Assembly: GCA_015489395.1 (NCBI GenBank)
Contig: WFZV01000001.1
Span: 1-36,222 of the forward strand
Source of the DNA: Bacteroidales bacterium
Lineage (GTDB): Bacteria; Bacteroidota; Bacteroidia; Bacteroidales; S143-33
Direction: 5' to 3'
Length of the DNA stretch: 36,222 nucleotides
Below the pieces are notes generated by a model. The model did not search any database, was not told the DNA's origin, and was given only the letters and a program-made list of their open reading frames with translations. Made by a program: the position numbers and the translations under genes. This document shows positions 1 through 10,683 of this stretch, piece by piece (the stretch's first letter is position 1; each line of letters starts with the position of its first letter).

Positions 1-1
1 T

Positions 2-451
2 CCACAGCCTTTAAAGGCTTATGATATTTACCGTATTCCAGAGGAGAAATCCGGTTATTATGTTGATGATCAAAACGATACTCTGTTAATCGTTTATCCA
101 GATAGCATTCAGTTTAATTTTATGTTTCAGCGGTTAATAACCTTTAATCTGGACGATCCTACAGTTATTTTGCGAAAAAAAGGCCATTGGTATGTTTTAA
201 ATGTCAAAGATTCAGCAGGTTGGTATGTTTTTCCTGCCCGTGTTTCAGGCGATAAAATAAAAGTTTACCAGCTGTACTATTTGTCTGCTGATACTGTTAA
301 GGCTGAAAAAATCGAAAATTTCCTGTTAAATAAGTACCATGCAAAGCAGGTAGGCGATAATTTTTTAGTAGATGTGAAAAATAATTCACAGTTTTTCCGC
401 TTAATAAAAAATCGTGTCTTTAGTGCTTACCATCTGCATAAGTTAAAGTAG
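2..451 (+). CDS. hypothetical protein, probably 5-prime truncated by the window edge
   Basis: The frame of tracked ORF 122..451 stays open with no stop back to base 2 (PQPLKAYDIYRIPEEKSGYYVDDQNDTLLIVYPDSIQFNF-MFQ...), so the true start is probably upstream of the window. No recognisable motif. Confidence 0.4.
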   Translation, partial: PQPLKAYDIYRIPEEKSGYYVDDQNDTLLIVYPDSIQFNFMFQRLITFNLDDPTVILRKKGHWYVLNVKDSAGWYVFPARVSGDKIKVYQLYYLSADTVKAEKIENFLLNKYHAKQVGDNFLVDVKNNSQFFRLIKNRVFSAYHLHKLK

Positions 452-543
452 TTGTGCGTTAAAATATTTGAAAAAAAATTAATTTTTAGATAAAAAATAA
501 ACGAGGATTTTAACTTTATCCCAAATTTTAAAAAATCTACTCC

Positions 544-2781
544 ATGCGACGAATTTTACTTTTTACAGTGTTAATTTTTTCGATTAATCTTTTGTTTTCG
601 CAAAAGCCTGAAGTTCAGGTGATTAAAAATTCGAAGACAGCTTTTCAGAATCTGGACAAATCTGTGGTGACCACAGGCTTTTTACGCGACAAAGCAACTG
701 GTTATGTTAACTGGCTGCAGTTTGAGAACGAAAAACTCAATTTTCCCGTTGATGGACGCCTGTTCAGACAGGTTTATTTTGAAATGACAAAATCAGCTGT
801 TGACAAACAACTGCCTTCTGACCATGATTTGAGACTTGCAGCATTCAAAGACCAGGACAAACACGCGTTTTTAGTTTCGATAATTGATATTGATTATCAA
901 ATGGTTAAGCCGGAGGTTTTGCAGAAAATCAAATCAGCTAACTACCATTTAAAAAAATCGCAACTGGAAACCCACCATTTATTTTTGGCTGGCGTACCTG
1001 CCCAGAGAAAATACACTGGCCGCAAAGTTAGCTTTGATTTTAACCAGAAATTTTACATAACCAACACTAAATCAATTAAATATTTTAATGTCAATTTTGG
1101 CGATGGCCAGGGTGAGAGACGCGTTTTACCCGGTCAAATAATCACAGTTAATTACAAAACCGATGGCGAAAAAATAATAAACCTTACAGCATATTACGGA
1201 GATGGTCACAAACACACAGCAAGCTTTAAAGTAAAAATTTTATCACCTAAAGTAACACCTGACGAAACATGGAACATCACCGCTGATATACCATATCGCG
1301 GTGCATACGGCAAAGTCGAGGTTGGCATATTCTATGGTGCCGGGCATACAAGCCTGACAAAGCCTATTGTTATTGTCGATGGCTTTGACCCTGAGAATAG
1401 CCGCGGAATACAAGAAATCTACGAGCTTGCTAACCAGCAAAACATGTTCGATCAGCTGTTGGCCCGTGGCTTTGACGCTGTTGTGGTAAACAATTTAGCT
1501 GGCGCTGACTATATCCAGCGCAATGCTTTTGCCTTTATCAAAGTCATCCAGAAAGTCAATGAACGCATGCGCCAGGCAGGCACTTACGATAATCAAATTA
1601 TTGTCATTGGGCCGAGTATGGGCGGACTTATTACTCGATACGGACTACGTTATATGGAGCAACATCGTTTGTGGCACAATGTAAAACTCTGGATATCTTT
1701 CGATTCTCCGCAAAGAGGCGCTAATGTGCCACTTGGTTTGCAGCATTGGGTCAGATTTTTTGCTGACGAAGGCAATAGCGAAGACGCACAACGCGCGCTG
1801 GATGCTTTAAATTCACCAGCAGCACAACAAATGCTCATTTACCATTACACTTCGACCTATACCGGCGAATTTCCAAATCCAGAATACCGCGACTTTTACA
1901 CAGAGATAAATAACATGGGCTTTCCAGAAAAACTGCGCCGTGTGGCAATAATAAATGGAAGCGGCTATGGCAATGGTCAACCTTACGGACCTGGCGACCA
2001 GCTAATTTACTATCATTACAACAGTTTCCTGGTTGACATAGTTGGCGATGTTTGGGCTGTCCCTGACGTTGATGGTACAAATACTATTTTTCATGGCATA
2101 ATCGACATTTTAGGTCCGTGGTACGATGAAGAAACAATAACCTATAGCTACACTTTACCACTGGATGGCGCACCAGGCGGCGATGCAAATACTCTTGAAC
2201 AATTAGACAATACAGACCCAGGACATGGCGACATTGTGGCATATTATCCTGACCACAGCTTTATCCCTACGATTAGTTCTCTGGCTCTGTATGGCATTTA
2301 TGATCCGTATTACAATGTAGCTGCGAATAAAGGAAAATTCTATACTCCGTTTGATGCGATTTACTATCCAAATTGGAATCAACCGCACATGCATATTGAT
2401 GAACAGTCAAAACAGTGGTTTTTAAATGAAATTAATTATAGACAGCCAAATCTGGGTATAGTACTTCATAAAATCAACACAACAACGTCTTTGTATCCAG
2501 ATGCAATCGAAAGTAGGCCCAAAAATCAATTAGTCAAGAAAACAGATAATCAGATTAGAATCTTTCCAAATCCTGCAAATGATATTATTTACATATCCAA
2601 TGCACAAAACAGTGTTTTATCAATTTATGATTTGTCTGGTCGTTTAGTAAAAAGTGTCAATGTTGTTTCAAATTATCAGATGATTGATGTAAGTGATTTG
2701 AGTAGAGGTGTTTACATCGTAAGGTTGAAGGATTTGAATTCAGAAGCTCAGTCAAAAGTAATGAACTTGATTGTGGAATAG
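544..2781 (+). CDS. secreted alpha/beta-hydrolase (lipase/esterase-like) with a T9SS C-terminal sorting domain
   Basis: 745 aa, ATG at 544. Signal peptide MRRILLFTVLIFSINLLFSQ. PKD-like stretch FNVNFGDGQGERRV...YYGDGHKHTASFKVKI. GxSxG nucleophile elbow in VIGPSMGGLITRYG. The last ~75 aa (IRIFPNPANDIIYISN...GVYIVRLKD...LIVE) fit the type-A T9SS CTD pattern. Confidence 0.7.
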   Translation: MRRILLFTVLIFSINLLFSQKPEVQVIKNSKTAFQNLDKSVVTTGFLRDKATGYVNWLQFENEKLNFPVDGRLFRQVYFEMTKSAVDKQLPSDHDLRLAAFKDQDKHAFLVSIIDIDYQMVKPEVLQKIKSANYHLKKSQLETHHLFLAGVPAQRKYTGRKVSFDFNQKFYITNTKSIKYFNVNFGDGQGERRVLPGQIITVNYKTDGEKIINLTAYYGDGHKHTASFKVKILSPKVTPDETWNITADIPYRGAYGKVEVGIFYGAGHTSLTKPIVIVDGFDPENSRGIQEIYELANQQNMFDQLLARGFDAVVVNNLAGADYIQRNAFAFIKVIQKVNERMRQAGTYDNQIIVIGPSMGGLITRYGLRYMEQHRLWHNVKLWISFDSPQRGANVPLGLQHWVRFFADEGNSEDAQRALDALNSPAAQQMLIYHYTSTYTGEFPNPEYRDFYTEINNMGFPEKLRRVAIINGSGYGNGQPYGPGDQLIYYHYNSFLVDIVGDVWAVPDVDGTNTIFHGIIDILGPWYDEETITYSYTLPLDGAPGGDANTLEQLDNTDPGHGDIVAYYPDHSFIPTISSLALYGIYDPYYNVAANKGKFYTPFDAIYYPNWNQPHMHIDEQSKQWFLNEINYRQPNLGIVLHKINTTTSLYPDAIESRPKNQLVKKTDNQIRIFPNPANDIIYISNAQNSVLSIYDLSGRLVKSVNVVSNYQMIDVSDLSRGVYIVRLKDLNSEAQSKVMNLIVE

Positions 2782-2899
2782 TTAAGGTAGATTGATATTT
2801 TTTTAATTTTTCAAAAAAGAATAATCAGTATTTTGAATTAATAAAAATTTTTCTATATTTATGTACACTTTAGAAAACAAAACTTAAAAATTTAAAGCT

Positions 2900-4873
2900 A
2901 TGAAGAAGATTTTATCAGTAATTCTTGCTGTTTCTTTTGTGGTGTTTGGTTTTTCACAAACTAAGCACTATTCATTAAAACGTTCTCTTTTACTTAGTAC
3001 AGCGAATTCGAGAACAAAGGTTATTACCAATAGGCCGGTTCAAAGTAAATCTAATCAAGCAAAAGGTATCTTTTTAATGGCAGATTTTAATAATGGATTG
3101 CCATCAGGTTGGACAGTAACAGATGGAGGAAATGATGGTTATACCTGGGAGGTTGTACAAAATTATGATGGTAAAACTTTAGATGGTACACCTTTTGCTT
3201 TTGTGAATAGTGATGCTGCTGGTTATACAGATATGGACGAGATTTTAGAAAGTCCAGCAATAGATGTTTCATCAGCAGATTCTGTATTTTTGGCTCTGGA
3301 TCAATATTATAATTCTTATTCTGGAAATGAAGAAGGTGATATTGATGTGTGGGATGGTAATCAATGGGTTACAGTATTCAAGGATACAGTTGATACAGGA
3401 GCATGGGGAAATCCAATGCATCTTGAATTGAATGTAACAGCTTATAAAAATGCCAATTTCAAAGTTAGATTCCACTACTACAATGCAAACTGGGATTGGT
3501 ATTGGGCTATTGATAATGTAACAATTTATCAGCCTGATTCAATCGATTTGATTGCTAAACAAGTTTCAGCTAAACCTTTTAATGAGATAGTTGATTTACC
3601 CCGTCCGATTACATTTTCTACTAAAGTTTTGAATTTTGGTATGAGTCCAATAACCAAGTATGTAGCTGTTTTACAAGTATTATTAAACAATGATACAGTT
3701 TTTTCTGTCCAGGATACAGTCATTACTAATTTAAATCATAATGATATAGAAAATCATGTTTTCTCACAAACATGGACACCTGAGCAAGCTGGAACCTATA
3801 TTGTAAGGTCATACGTAATTACTGATAGTGATGCTGTAGCTGAAAATGATACTGTTTATTCTCAGATTAATGTTATTGGTCCACAAAATTATCATGATTT
3901 TATTTATGGTTTTGTTACTTATGATCAAGACTCAACAGGCGATATAAATCATATCGTAGGTATCGATCCTTCTACAGGTGATTATGTTGCTATTTTAGAT
4001 TCTTTGAGTCTGACAGATATATTTATAGCAGGTGATTATGTTAATATTAATGGGCATAATTACTTACTTGGAGTTACTTTTGATAATAATTTATATGTAG
4101 TTGAAGACCACGGTCAAGCTTATAATTTAGGTACATTACCTAATATTGATACTAATGCTGTATGGGTTCCACCTTTAGCTATAACTTGGGATAGCAAGAA
4201 TAATAATGTTTATCTTGTTTATTTAGATATGGTTAGTTTTAGCTCCTTCACTCAAAAGTTGTTTAAATTAGATTTAAATACTTTACAACTTACAGAAGTT
4301 GGAAATGTAGCTGCAACAGGTATTATCGTTGGTGTGGCTGTTGATACAAACGGTACTTTATATAGCTTGGATTTGGCAGATACGTTAGCTACAATAGATA
4401 CTTCAAACGCTAATTTCAATGTTATTGGTGATATAGGAATAGACATAGCTTATATCCAGGACATTGCTATTGATAGGGCTACAAATACTTTATACGGTAC
4501 TTTGTATAATAATACAACTAAGAGAGGAGAATTATATGTAATAAATACTGACGCTTCATTGCAATTTATTGATTCTATTAAAGATGAAATTACTCTTAGT
4601 GCTATTTGGTCGAATATGTACGTATCAAGCGCTGATAAAATTAATAAGCCTAATATCAGTATTTATCCGAACCCTGCTTCTCGTGTAATTCATGTTACTA
4701 ATGCTCAGGGATATAATTTACAGATTTTGGATTTGACTGGTCGCGTAATTCTCAGCCAGCCAATTATCAGCAATATGCAGTTAGTAACATTACCAAATGT
4801 TCAAAGCGGCTTGTACCTGGTTAATTTGAAAGGTAAACAAGGACAGTTTACTTACAAGTTGATTGTTAGATAG
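2900..4873 (+). CDS. secreted T9SS cargo protein with an N-terminal choice-of-anchor-J/MAM-like domain
   Basis: 657 aa, ATG at 2900. Signal peptide MKKILSVILAVSFVVFGFSQ. N-terminal module FNNGLPSGWTVTDGGNDGYTWEV...FAFVNSDAAG...WYWAIDNVTIY. Repetitive central region, possibly beta-propeller-like. C-terminal ISIYPNPASRVIHVTNAQG...GLYLVNLKG...KLIVR is a T9SS CTD pattern. Confidence 0.65.
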   Translation: MKKILSVILAVSFVVFGFSQTKHYSLKRSLLLSTANSRTKVITNRPVQSKSNQAKGIFLMADFNNGLPSGWTVTDGGNDGYTWEVVQNYDGKTLDGTPFAFVNSDAAGYTDMDEILESPAIDVSSADSVFLALDQYYNSYSGNEEGDIDVWDGNQWVTVFKDTVDTGAWGNPMHLELNVTAYKNANFKVRFHYYNANWDWYWAIDNVTIYQPDSIDLIAKQVSAKPFNEIVDLPRPITFSTKVLNFGMSPITKYVAVLQVLLNNDTVFSVQDTVITNLNHNDIENHVFSQTWTPEQAGTYIVRSYVITDSDAVAENDTVYSQINVIGPQNYHDFIYGFVTYDQDSTGDINHIVGIDPSTGDYVAILDSLSLTDIFIAGDYVNINGHNYLLGVTFDNNLYVVEDHGQAYNLGTLPNIDTNAVWVPPLAITWDSKNNNVYLVYLDMVSFSSFTQKLFKLDLNTLQLTEVGNVAATGIIVGVAVDTNGTLYSLDLADTLATIDTSNANFNVIGDIGIDIAYIQDIAIDRATNTLYGTLYNNTTKRGELYVINTDASLQFIDSIKDEITLSAIWSNMYVSSADKINKPNISIYPNPASRVIHVTNAQGYNLQILDLTGRVILSQPIISNMQLVTLPNVQSGLYLVNLKGKQGQFTYKLIVR

Positions 4874-4897
4874 TTATTGAATTAGCTTTTTTGAGAT

Positions 4898-4930
4898 AAA
4901 ATAGGCTGCCCGCAGGGCAGCCTATTTTTT
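4898..4930 (+). terminator. intrinsic terminator hairpin (bidirectional type)
   Basis: AAAATAGGCTGCCC-GCA-GGGCAGCCTATTTT forms a perfect 14-bp stem, followed by more T, 25 nt after the stop of the 2900..4873 gene. Confidence 0.7.
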
Positions 4931-4997
4931 ATTTTCGCAGGTTTTGGACTTAAACGGGTGATTTATTAAATTAGGCAAAATTAATTTTTATTTGTAC

Positions 4998-5402
4998 ATG
5001 CGTCGGAAATTAGTAAGTGTCAGTTTACTTTTTATTGTAATTTTAGCAATTAATAATGCTTTTGCTCAGGATTTAGAAAAACATTTAGCTGGTAAAACGT
5101 TTGTCCGTCATTTTAGTGCAGCAGGTTTCCCGCATGTTGCAACTTATAAATTTTACGCTAATAAAGTGGTTTATAGCGTTAAAGGATTTTTTATTCGTGA
5201 TACTTACCAGATTGTCGGCCGATTTCAAGGTAATAAGTTTATTGGAATAGAACCTAAGACAAAAAAGCGATATGTTCTGGAAATTAAAGTTTTAGATAAT
5301 CGCCGGATTAAGATTTATAAGTATGGTGTCGACGAGAAATACCGCGATATTGTCAGGCTTTTTCCGGTAAAAGGCTGGCATGTTTATACTTTAAACAGAT
5401 AA
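4998..5402 (+). CDS. small secreted hypothetical protein
   Basis: The tracked ORF starts at TTG 4992. An ATG at 4998 gives MRRKLVSVSLLFIVILAINNAFAQ, a typical signal peptide. No recognisable domain. Confidence 0.55.
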   Translation: MRRKLVSVSLLFIVILAINNAFAQDLEKHLAGKTFVRHFSAAGFPHVATYKFYANKVVYSVKGFFIRDTYQIVGRFQGNKFIGIEPKTKKRYVLEIKVLDNRRIKIYKYGVDEKYRDIVRLFPVKGWHVYTLNR

Positions 5403-5425
5403 AAAACTTAAAAAATTAACATAAA

Positions 5426-6556
5426 ATGTCAGTTGAAATCAAAGAAGTAAAGACCCGTAAACAGCTAAAAGATTTTATTTATCTGCCAGAGAAAATTCAT
5501 AAGAATCATAAGAATTGGGTGCCTCCGATTTATATGGACGAATTTAACTTTTTTAATCCCAAAAAGAACAAGTACTTTGGTTATAGTGATACAATTATGT
5601 TGCTTGCCTATCGAGATGGTAAGCCTGTTGGGCGTATAATGGGGATTATTCAGAAGCGTTATAATGAACTGCATAATGAAAATGATGCTCGTTTTGCTTT
5701 TATGGAGACTTACGAAGATTTTGAGGTATTTAAGGCTTTGATAGAACGTGTTGAGCAATGGGCCAGGGAAAAAGGCTGCGATAATTTAGTAGGTCCACTT
5801 GGGTTTTCGGACAAGGACCCGCAGGGGTTTATGATTAAAGGTTTTGATCAGCCAATTGTCATTGCGTCGAATGCGAATTTTCCTTACATGCCGAAGTTTT
5901 TAGAGCGCCTGGGATTTAAGAAAAAGGTCGATTTAGTCGTCTATCAGGTTAAAGTACCAGATAAGATACCTGAGCTGTATCAACGGCTGTATGACCGTGT
6001 TATGGAGCGATTTAAAGATAAAATCAAGATTTATGAGTTCAGGACTCGCAGGGAACTGAAGCCATGGATAAAGCCAGCTTTGCGTTTGTTGAATGAGACT
6101 TTCAAAGATATTTATGCGTTTTCGCCATTTGAAGAGGATGAGATGGATGAGTTTGCCAACCGTTATATTTATCTTTTAGACCCGCGTTTTATTAAATTGA
6201 TTACAGATAAAAACGACCAGCCAATAGCCTTTTTCATAGCTATGCCTGATATTAGCGAAGGAGTGATAAAAAGTCGTGGACGTATGTTGCCTTTTGGATT
6301 TTTCAAACTGCTACGCGCTCAGAAGAAGACCGACCGTCTTGTTTTGCTGCTGGGTGGCATTAAAGAAGAGTATCGTGGTATGGGCCTGGATATTATTTTG
6401 GGTAAATTGATGCTTGAATCTGCCTGGGAGCGGGGATTTAAGTACGTTGATAGCCACCTGGAACTGGAAAATAATTATAAGATTCGTCATGAGATGGAGA
6501 AAATGGGCGGTGAGGTTTATAAAGTTTACCGAATTTATTACAAGCCGTTGAAGTAA
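5426..6556 (+). CDS. uncharacterised GNAT-like N-acyltransferase family protein
   Basis: 376 aa. The N-terminus IKEVKTRKQLKDFIYLPEKIHKNHKNWVPPIYMDEFNFFNPKKNKYF...LLAYRDGKPVGRIMGII matches my memory of a widespread ~370-400 aa family annotated as GNAT N-acetyltransferase. The C-terminal LLGGIKEEYRGMGLD resembles an acetyl-CoA binding segment. Confidence 0.5.
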   Translation: MSVEIKEVKTRKQLKDFIYLPEKIHKNHKNWVPPIYMDEFNFFNPKKNKYFGYSDTIMLLAYRDGKPVGRIMGIIQKRYNELHNENDARFAFMETYEDFEVFKALIERVEQWAREKGCDNLVGPLGFSDKDPQGFMIKGFDQPIVIASNANFPYMPKFLERLGFKKKVDLVVYQVKVPDKIPELYQRLYDRVMERFKDKIKIYEFRTRRELKPWIKPALRLLNETFKDIYAFSPFEEDEMDEFANRYIYLLDPRFIKLITDKNDQPIAFFIAMPDISEGVIKSRGRMLPFGFFKLLRAQKKTDRLVLLLGGIKEEYRGMGLDIILGKLMLESAWERGFKYVDSHLELENNYKIRHEMEKMGGEVYKVYRIYYKPLK

Positions 6557-6817
6557 TTTGTTGGTATTTAGAGGGTTAGTTACGTAATAGGCAGGTTATG
6601 TTTTATGTTTTTGTGCTGTTGAAGCCTTATAAGTTCGTTTTTTTAGTGGTTTTGGGAATAGTATATTTTAAATAGTACTAGGTTTAAAGCAATCGAAAAA
6701 TTTTCGAAAAGTTTTTGCTGGCTAAGTAAAGTTTGATAGTTTTTTGGGTGTTTAAAGCTTGATTAAATTGGTAAAAAGAACTAATTTCGGCTTTTCGTTT
6801 AAGGACATTATTGGCAA

Positions 6818-9637
6818 ATGAAGTACATTGAAGTCATAGGCGCACGGGAGCATAATTTGAAAAATATTTCTGTCAAAATACCACATCGTAAGCTGACGGT
6901 TATTACAGGTTTGAGTGGCAGTGGAAAATCGTCTTTGGCTTTTGACACTATTTATGCAGAAGGGCAGCGTCGTTATTTACAGACGTTTTCGGCTTATGCT
7001 CGCCAGTTTTTAGGGATGCTGCAGCGACCTGATGTTGATAAAATAACCGGACTTTCGCCTGTCATTGCAATTGAGCAAAAGACCACAAACAAGAATCCGC
7101 GTTCGACAGTTGGCACTATAACAGAGATTTATGATTTTCTCCGTTTGTGGTTTGCCCGTGCATCAGAGGCTTATTCGTATGTCACAGGAGAGAAGATGGT
7201 TAAATACACTGACGAGCAGATTTTTCAGTTAATTAAACAGGCTTATGCTGGTAAAAAGATTATGATTTTGGCGCCGGTAGTAAGAGCGAGAAAAGGAAAT
7301 TATCGTGAGTTGTTTGAGCGGTTTGCAAAATTAGGCTTTTTGCAGGCGCGGGTAGATGGCCAGCTGCAGGAGATAACGCCAGGTTTAAAGCTTGATCGTT
7401 ATAAAACGCACAATATAGAGATTGTCATTGATAAGCTGGTTTTACGTTCTGAGGATGAGAACGAAAAGTTACATAAACGCATAAAAAATAGCATTGACCT
7501 TGCCATGAAGTACGGCAAGGGAACATTGATGATTTTAGACAAAGACACGGGCGAGTATCGATATTTTAGTCGGAAATTAATGTGTCCGACTTCGGGAATT
7601 TCTTACGAATTGCCAGAGCCTAATACTTTTTCGTTTAATTCGCCGCAAGGGTATTGTCCTAAGTGTAAAGGACTTGGTTATGTTGAGGAGATTGATGTTC
7701 GTAAAATTATACCTGACCCCAGCAAGTCGATTTATCAGGGAGCTATAAAGCCGTTGGGACGGTATAAGTCCAATGTGATTTTTTGGCAATTGGATGCCTT
7801 GCTTAAATCTCATGGATATACGTTGCAGACGCCGGTTAAGGACTTGCCAGAGCAGGTTTTGGAGCAAGTTTTATACGGCACAAACGAGAGTTTACGGTTG
7901 TCGTCCACGCCACTGGGACTTTTTGCAAAGTATTACACGCGTTTTGAGGGCATTGTCAACGAGTTGTTGTACGGTGAGTTGGCAGCTGAAGGCGAGAAGT
8001 TTAAGGACTATTTCGAGAAAAAGACCTGTCCTGTTTGCCATGGAACGCGGCTCAAGCAAGAAGCTTTGTATTTTCGTATTGATGGAAAGAACATTGCTGA
8101 GCTTTCGGCAATGGAACTGGAAGAGCTTTATCAATGGCTGGATGGTATAGAAGAGCGGTTGAGTGAGCAACAGCGGCAGATTTCGGCGGAATTGCTCAAA
8201 GAGATACGTTCGCGACTTAAGTTTTTGCTGGACGTAGGTCTTGGGTATTTATCGCTCAATCGTCCGGCTGCGAGTTTGTCGGGCGGCGAGAGTCAGCGAA
8301 TCCGCCTTGCGACCCAAATCGGTTCGCAATTGGTTAATGTGCTTTATATACTTGATGAGCCAAGTATTGGGCTGCATCCGCATGATAACCAGCGGCTAAT
8401 CCGTTCATTGAAGCAATTGCGTGATAAAGGCAACACTGTAATTGTTGTGGAGCATGATGAGCAAATCATGCGTCAGGCTGATTACATCATCGATTTGGGT
8501 CCTGGAGCCGGTCGCCATGGTGGTCAGGTCATGGCGACCGGCTCACCAGCGGAGCTGGTCAAGGCGGATTCGCTAACCGCTCAATTTTTGAGCGGTAGGC
8601 GGCACATTGCTGTGCCGCACTCTCGCCGCCCCGGCAACGGCCGTTTTTTGACAATCACCGGCGCATCAGGCCATAACTTGAAAAATATCGATGTTAGTTT
8701 TCCGCTTGGCACGTTTATTTGCGTAACAGGCGTGTCGGGCAGTGGAAAATCGTCTTTAATCAACCAGACTTTATACCCGATTTTAGCACAAAAGCTTTAT
8801 CATTCAAAGGTCCAACCTTTGCCTTACGAGTCAGTTCAAGGACTTGAGCATATCAACAAAGTTATCGTTGTTGACCAATCGCCATTGGGCCGGACACCAC
8901 GTTCAAATCCTGCGACTTACACTAAAGTTTTTACGCATATACGAAATATTTTTGCACAGACACCTATTGCAAGAATTCGCGGATATACTCCGGGACGTTT
9001 TTCGTTTAATGTAAAAGGCGGACGTTGTGAAGCATGCAAAGGCGCTGGTGTTCAGGTGATTGAAATGAAACTATTGCCTGATGTTTACGTTACATGCCAG
9101 GAATGTGGCGGTAAGCGTTATAACCAGCAGACGCTTGAAGTGCGATATAAAGGCAAATCCATAGCAGATGTTCTGGAGATGACAGTTGACGAGGCACTGG
9201 AATTTTTTAGCAATTACCCAAAAATAAAAAACGTTTTACAGGCGCTTCATGATGTAGGGCTTGGCTATATCAAGTTAGGCCAGAGTTCGACCACCCTTTC
9301 AGGCGGCGAAGCACAAAGGGTCAAGCTTGCAGCAGAATTAGCCAAAAAAGCTACAGGTAAGACCATTTACATTCTGGACGAACCAACCACGGGAATGCAC
9401 TTTGCGGACATTGAATATTTACTCAATGTGATTCATAAATTAGTTGACAAAGGAAACACAGTTATAGTGATTGAGCATAACCTTGAAATCGTAAAAAACG
9501 CCGATTGGATAATCGATTTAGGCCCTGGCGGAGGCCGTCATGGCGGACAAATCGTCTGCCAAGGCACGCCAGAACAGGTTGCTTCGTGTAAGGGCAGTTT
9601 GACAGGTAAGTATTTAAAGCAAGTGCTAAAGATTTAG
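6818..9637 (+). CDS. uvrA: excinuclease ABC subunit A
   Basis: 939 aa. N-terminus [53 protein letters not shown]. Two Walker A sites ([18 protein letters not shown]). Two ABC signatures ([16 protein letters not shown]). Zinc-finger Cys clusters ([24 protein letters not shown]...CQECGG). Confidence 0.97.
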   Translation: MKYIEVIGAREHNLKNISVKIPHRKLTVITGLSGSGKSSLAFDTIYAEGQRRYLQTFSAYARQFLGMLQRPDVDKITGLSPVIAIEQKTTNKNPRSTVGTITEIYDFLRLWFARASEAYSYVTGEKMVKYTDEQIFQLIKQAYAGKKIMILAPVVRARKGNYRELFERFAKLGFLQARVDGQLQEITPGLKLDRYKTHNIEIVIDKLVLRSEDENEKLHKRIKNSIDLAMKYGKGTLMILDKDTGEYRYFSRKLMCPTSGISYELPEPNTFSFNSPQGYCPKCKGLGYVEEIDVRKIIPDPSKSIYQGAIKPLGRYKSNVIFWQLDALLKSHGYTLQTPVKDLPEQVLEQVLYGTNESLRLSSTPLGLFAKYYTRFEGIVNELLYGELAAEGEKFKDYFEKKTCPVCHGTRLKQEALYFRIDGKNIAELSAMELEELYQWLDGIEERLSEQQRQISAELLKEIRSRLKFLLDVGLGYLSLNRPAASLSGGESQRIRLATQIGSQLVNVLYILDEPSIGLHPHDNQRLIRSLKQLRDKGNTVIVVEHDEQIMRQADYIIDLGPGAGRHGGQVMATGSPAELVKADSLTAQFLSGRRHIAVPHSRRPGNGRFLTITGASGHNLKNIDVSFPLGTFICVTGVSGSGKSSLINQTLYPILAQKLYHSKVQPLPYESVQGLEHINKVIVVDQSPLGRTPRSNPATYTKVFTHIRNIFAQTPIARIRGYTPGRFSFNVKGGRCEACKGAGVQVIEMKLLPDVYVTCQECGGKRYNQQTLEVRYKGKSIADVLEMTVDEALEFFSNYPKIKNVLQALHDVGLGYIKLGQSSTTLSGGEAQRVKLAAELAKKATGKTIYILDEPTTGMHFADIEYLLNVIHKLVDKGNTVIVIEHNLEIVKNADWIIDLGPGGGRHGGQIVCQGTPEQVASCKGSLTGKYLKQVLKI

Positions 9638-9669
9638 ACCAATAAAAATATTTTCTAAAATCCTGTCTG

Positions 9670-10671
9670 TCAGTGCAAGAAAACCTGTAGTTGAATCGAG
9701 AATTGATAATTTTCCGGTCTGTTGTTGAGCAATTTAAAGTAATTGTCAAAGCTAAGTTTTATTTTATCGCCATTTATCAAATAATTGTATCCTAATCTAA
9801 AGTTTGGCAAATCATCAGTGGAGCTTATTAAATCGTAATATTTTCCGTAAGCGGCAACGAATTGAGACTTTTTAATCTTGTAAGCAGCTAAAACGTAATA
9901 TCCGTAAGCGATTTTTTGATTGAGAAAAGCCCTGATATACTCGGTTTGCAGATGAAAAGCAGGAGATTTGAGCATAAGAAATAGATTGAACCTGAGGTCG
10001 TTGCCGTTGAAAAGTACTGTATCTGGTAGTATTTTAGGAAGTTGCAGGTCTTTTGCCCGTCTGAATTGTAGAGAATACCCGGTTTTAACAGTTAACTGAT
10101 TGAGTTTTAGGTTTAAATAAGTTTTATGTGTGATGAGAAAGCCTTGATTTTTAAACCTGAATTTTTTTATGCCATAACCATTGAATACTCCCACAAAGCT
10201 GTTAAAAGTCTTTGTGCTATTATGCCATCCAACTTGAATTCCCAGGTCCCGTACGCCTAACGTACCGTCAGGAATAAGACATTTTATAACGTCCGCACGT
10301 TCGATAACAGGTAGTCTATAGTCAGGTTGGAAACGTTGTAAGCTGAATTGTGGGACGAATTGTCCGATGTTGAAGGTAAAATTAGCTGTTTTGTAACCAA
10401 TTTTGACGTCCTGGAGGAAAAATTGTTCGTTTTTGCGACTCGAAAATGTAGTCTGGATTTTATAAGACCAATGCGAATTATCTGGGCTTGATTTTATCCA
10501 GAGTTTGAGCCTTCGAACAGAGAAATTGTAATATGTTCCCAGGTCTGAGTATGCACGAATTTGCATGTATCCGTTAAATTGCGGAAGTAAACCGGATTTA
10601 ACCTGAGAAAAACCAAAATTCAAGGACAAAAAAAGTACAGCTATGGCTATAAATGTCTTTAAAAGTTTCAT
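9670..10671 (-). CDS. outer-membrane porin, OprO/OprP-like (anion-selective porin family)
   Basis: The tracked ORF starts at TTG 10677. An ATG at 10671 gives MKLLKTFIAIAVLFLSLNFGFSQ, a signal peptide. The rest has an alternating beta-strand pattern with aromatic girdle residues and resembles Bacteroidota Porin_O_P family members (FNGYMQIRA...RRLKLW...). Last gene of the 13874-to-9670 operon. Confidence 0.55.
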   Translation of the reverse strand: MKLLKTFIAIAVLFLSLNFGFSQVKSGLLPQFNGYMQIRAYSDLGTYYNFSVRRLKLWIKSSPDNSHWSYKIQTTFSSRKNEQFFLQDVKIGYKTANFTFNIGQFVPQFSLQRFQPDYRLPVIERADVIKCLIPDGTLGVRDLGIQVGWHNSTKTFNSFVGVFNGYGIKKFRFKNQGFLITHKTYLNLKLNQLTVKTGYSLQFRRAKDLQLPKILPDTVLFNGNDLRFNLFLMLKSPAFHLQTEYIRAFLNQKIAYGYYVLAAYKIKKSQFVAAYGKYYDLISSTDDLPNFRLGYNYLINGDKIKLSFDNYFKLLNNRPENYQFSIQLQVFLH

Positions 10672-10683
10672 TTTCAATAAGTT

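Noticed and set aside
4992-4997. TTG start codons reported by the ORF track at 4992, 10677 and 13877.
   Set aside because: In each case an ATG lies 1-2 codons downstream (4998, 10671, 13874) and yields a canonical N-terminus (signal peptide or MKVLAIYGSPR). I used the ATG starts.
6557-6817. 261-nt spacer upstream of uvrA with an AATAGTA direct repeat (about 6659-6679) and a near-palindrome TCGAAAAATTTTCGA (about 6693-6707). Considered as an SOS/LexA operator.
   Set aside because: The repeats are short, AT-rich and imperfect. I cannot recall a validated Bacteroidota LexA motif well enough to match it, so no call is made.
7577-8170. Three ORFs of 92-118 aa (7577..7867 -, 7794..8150 +, 7892..8170 -).
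   Set aside because: All are embedded in uvrA in other frames or on the other strand. They are Arg/Leu-rich products of a relatively GC-rich gene and have no independent signals.
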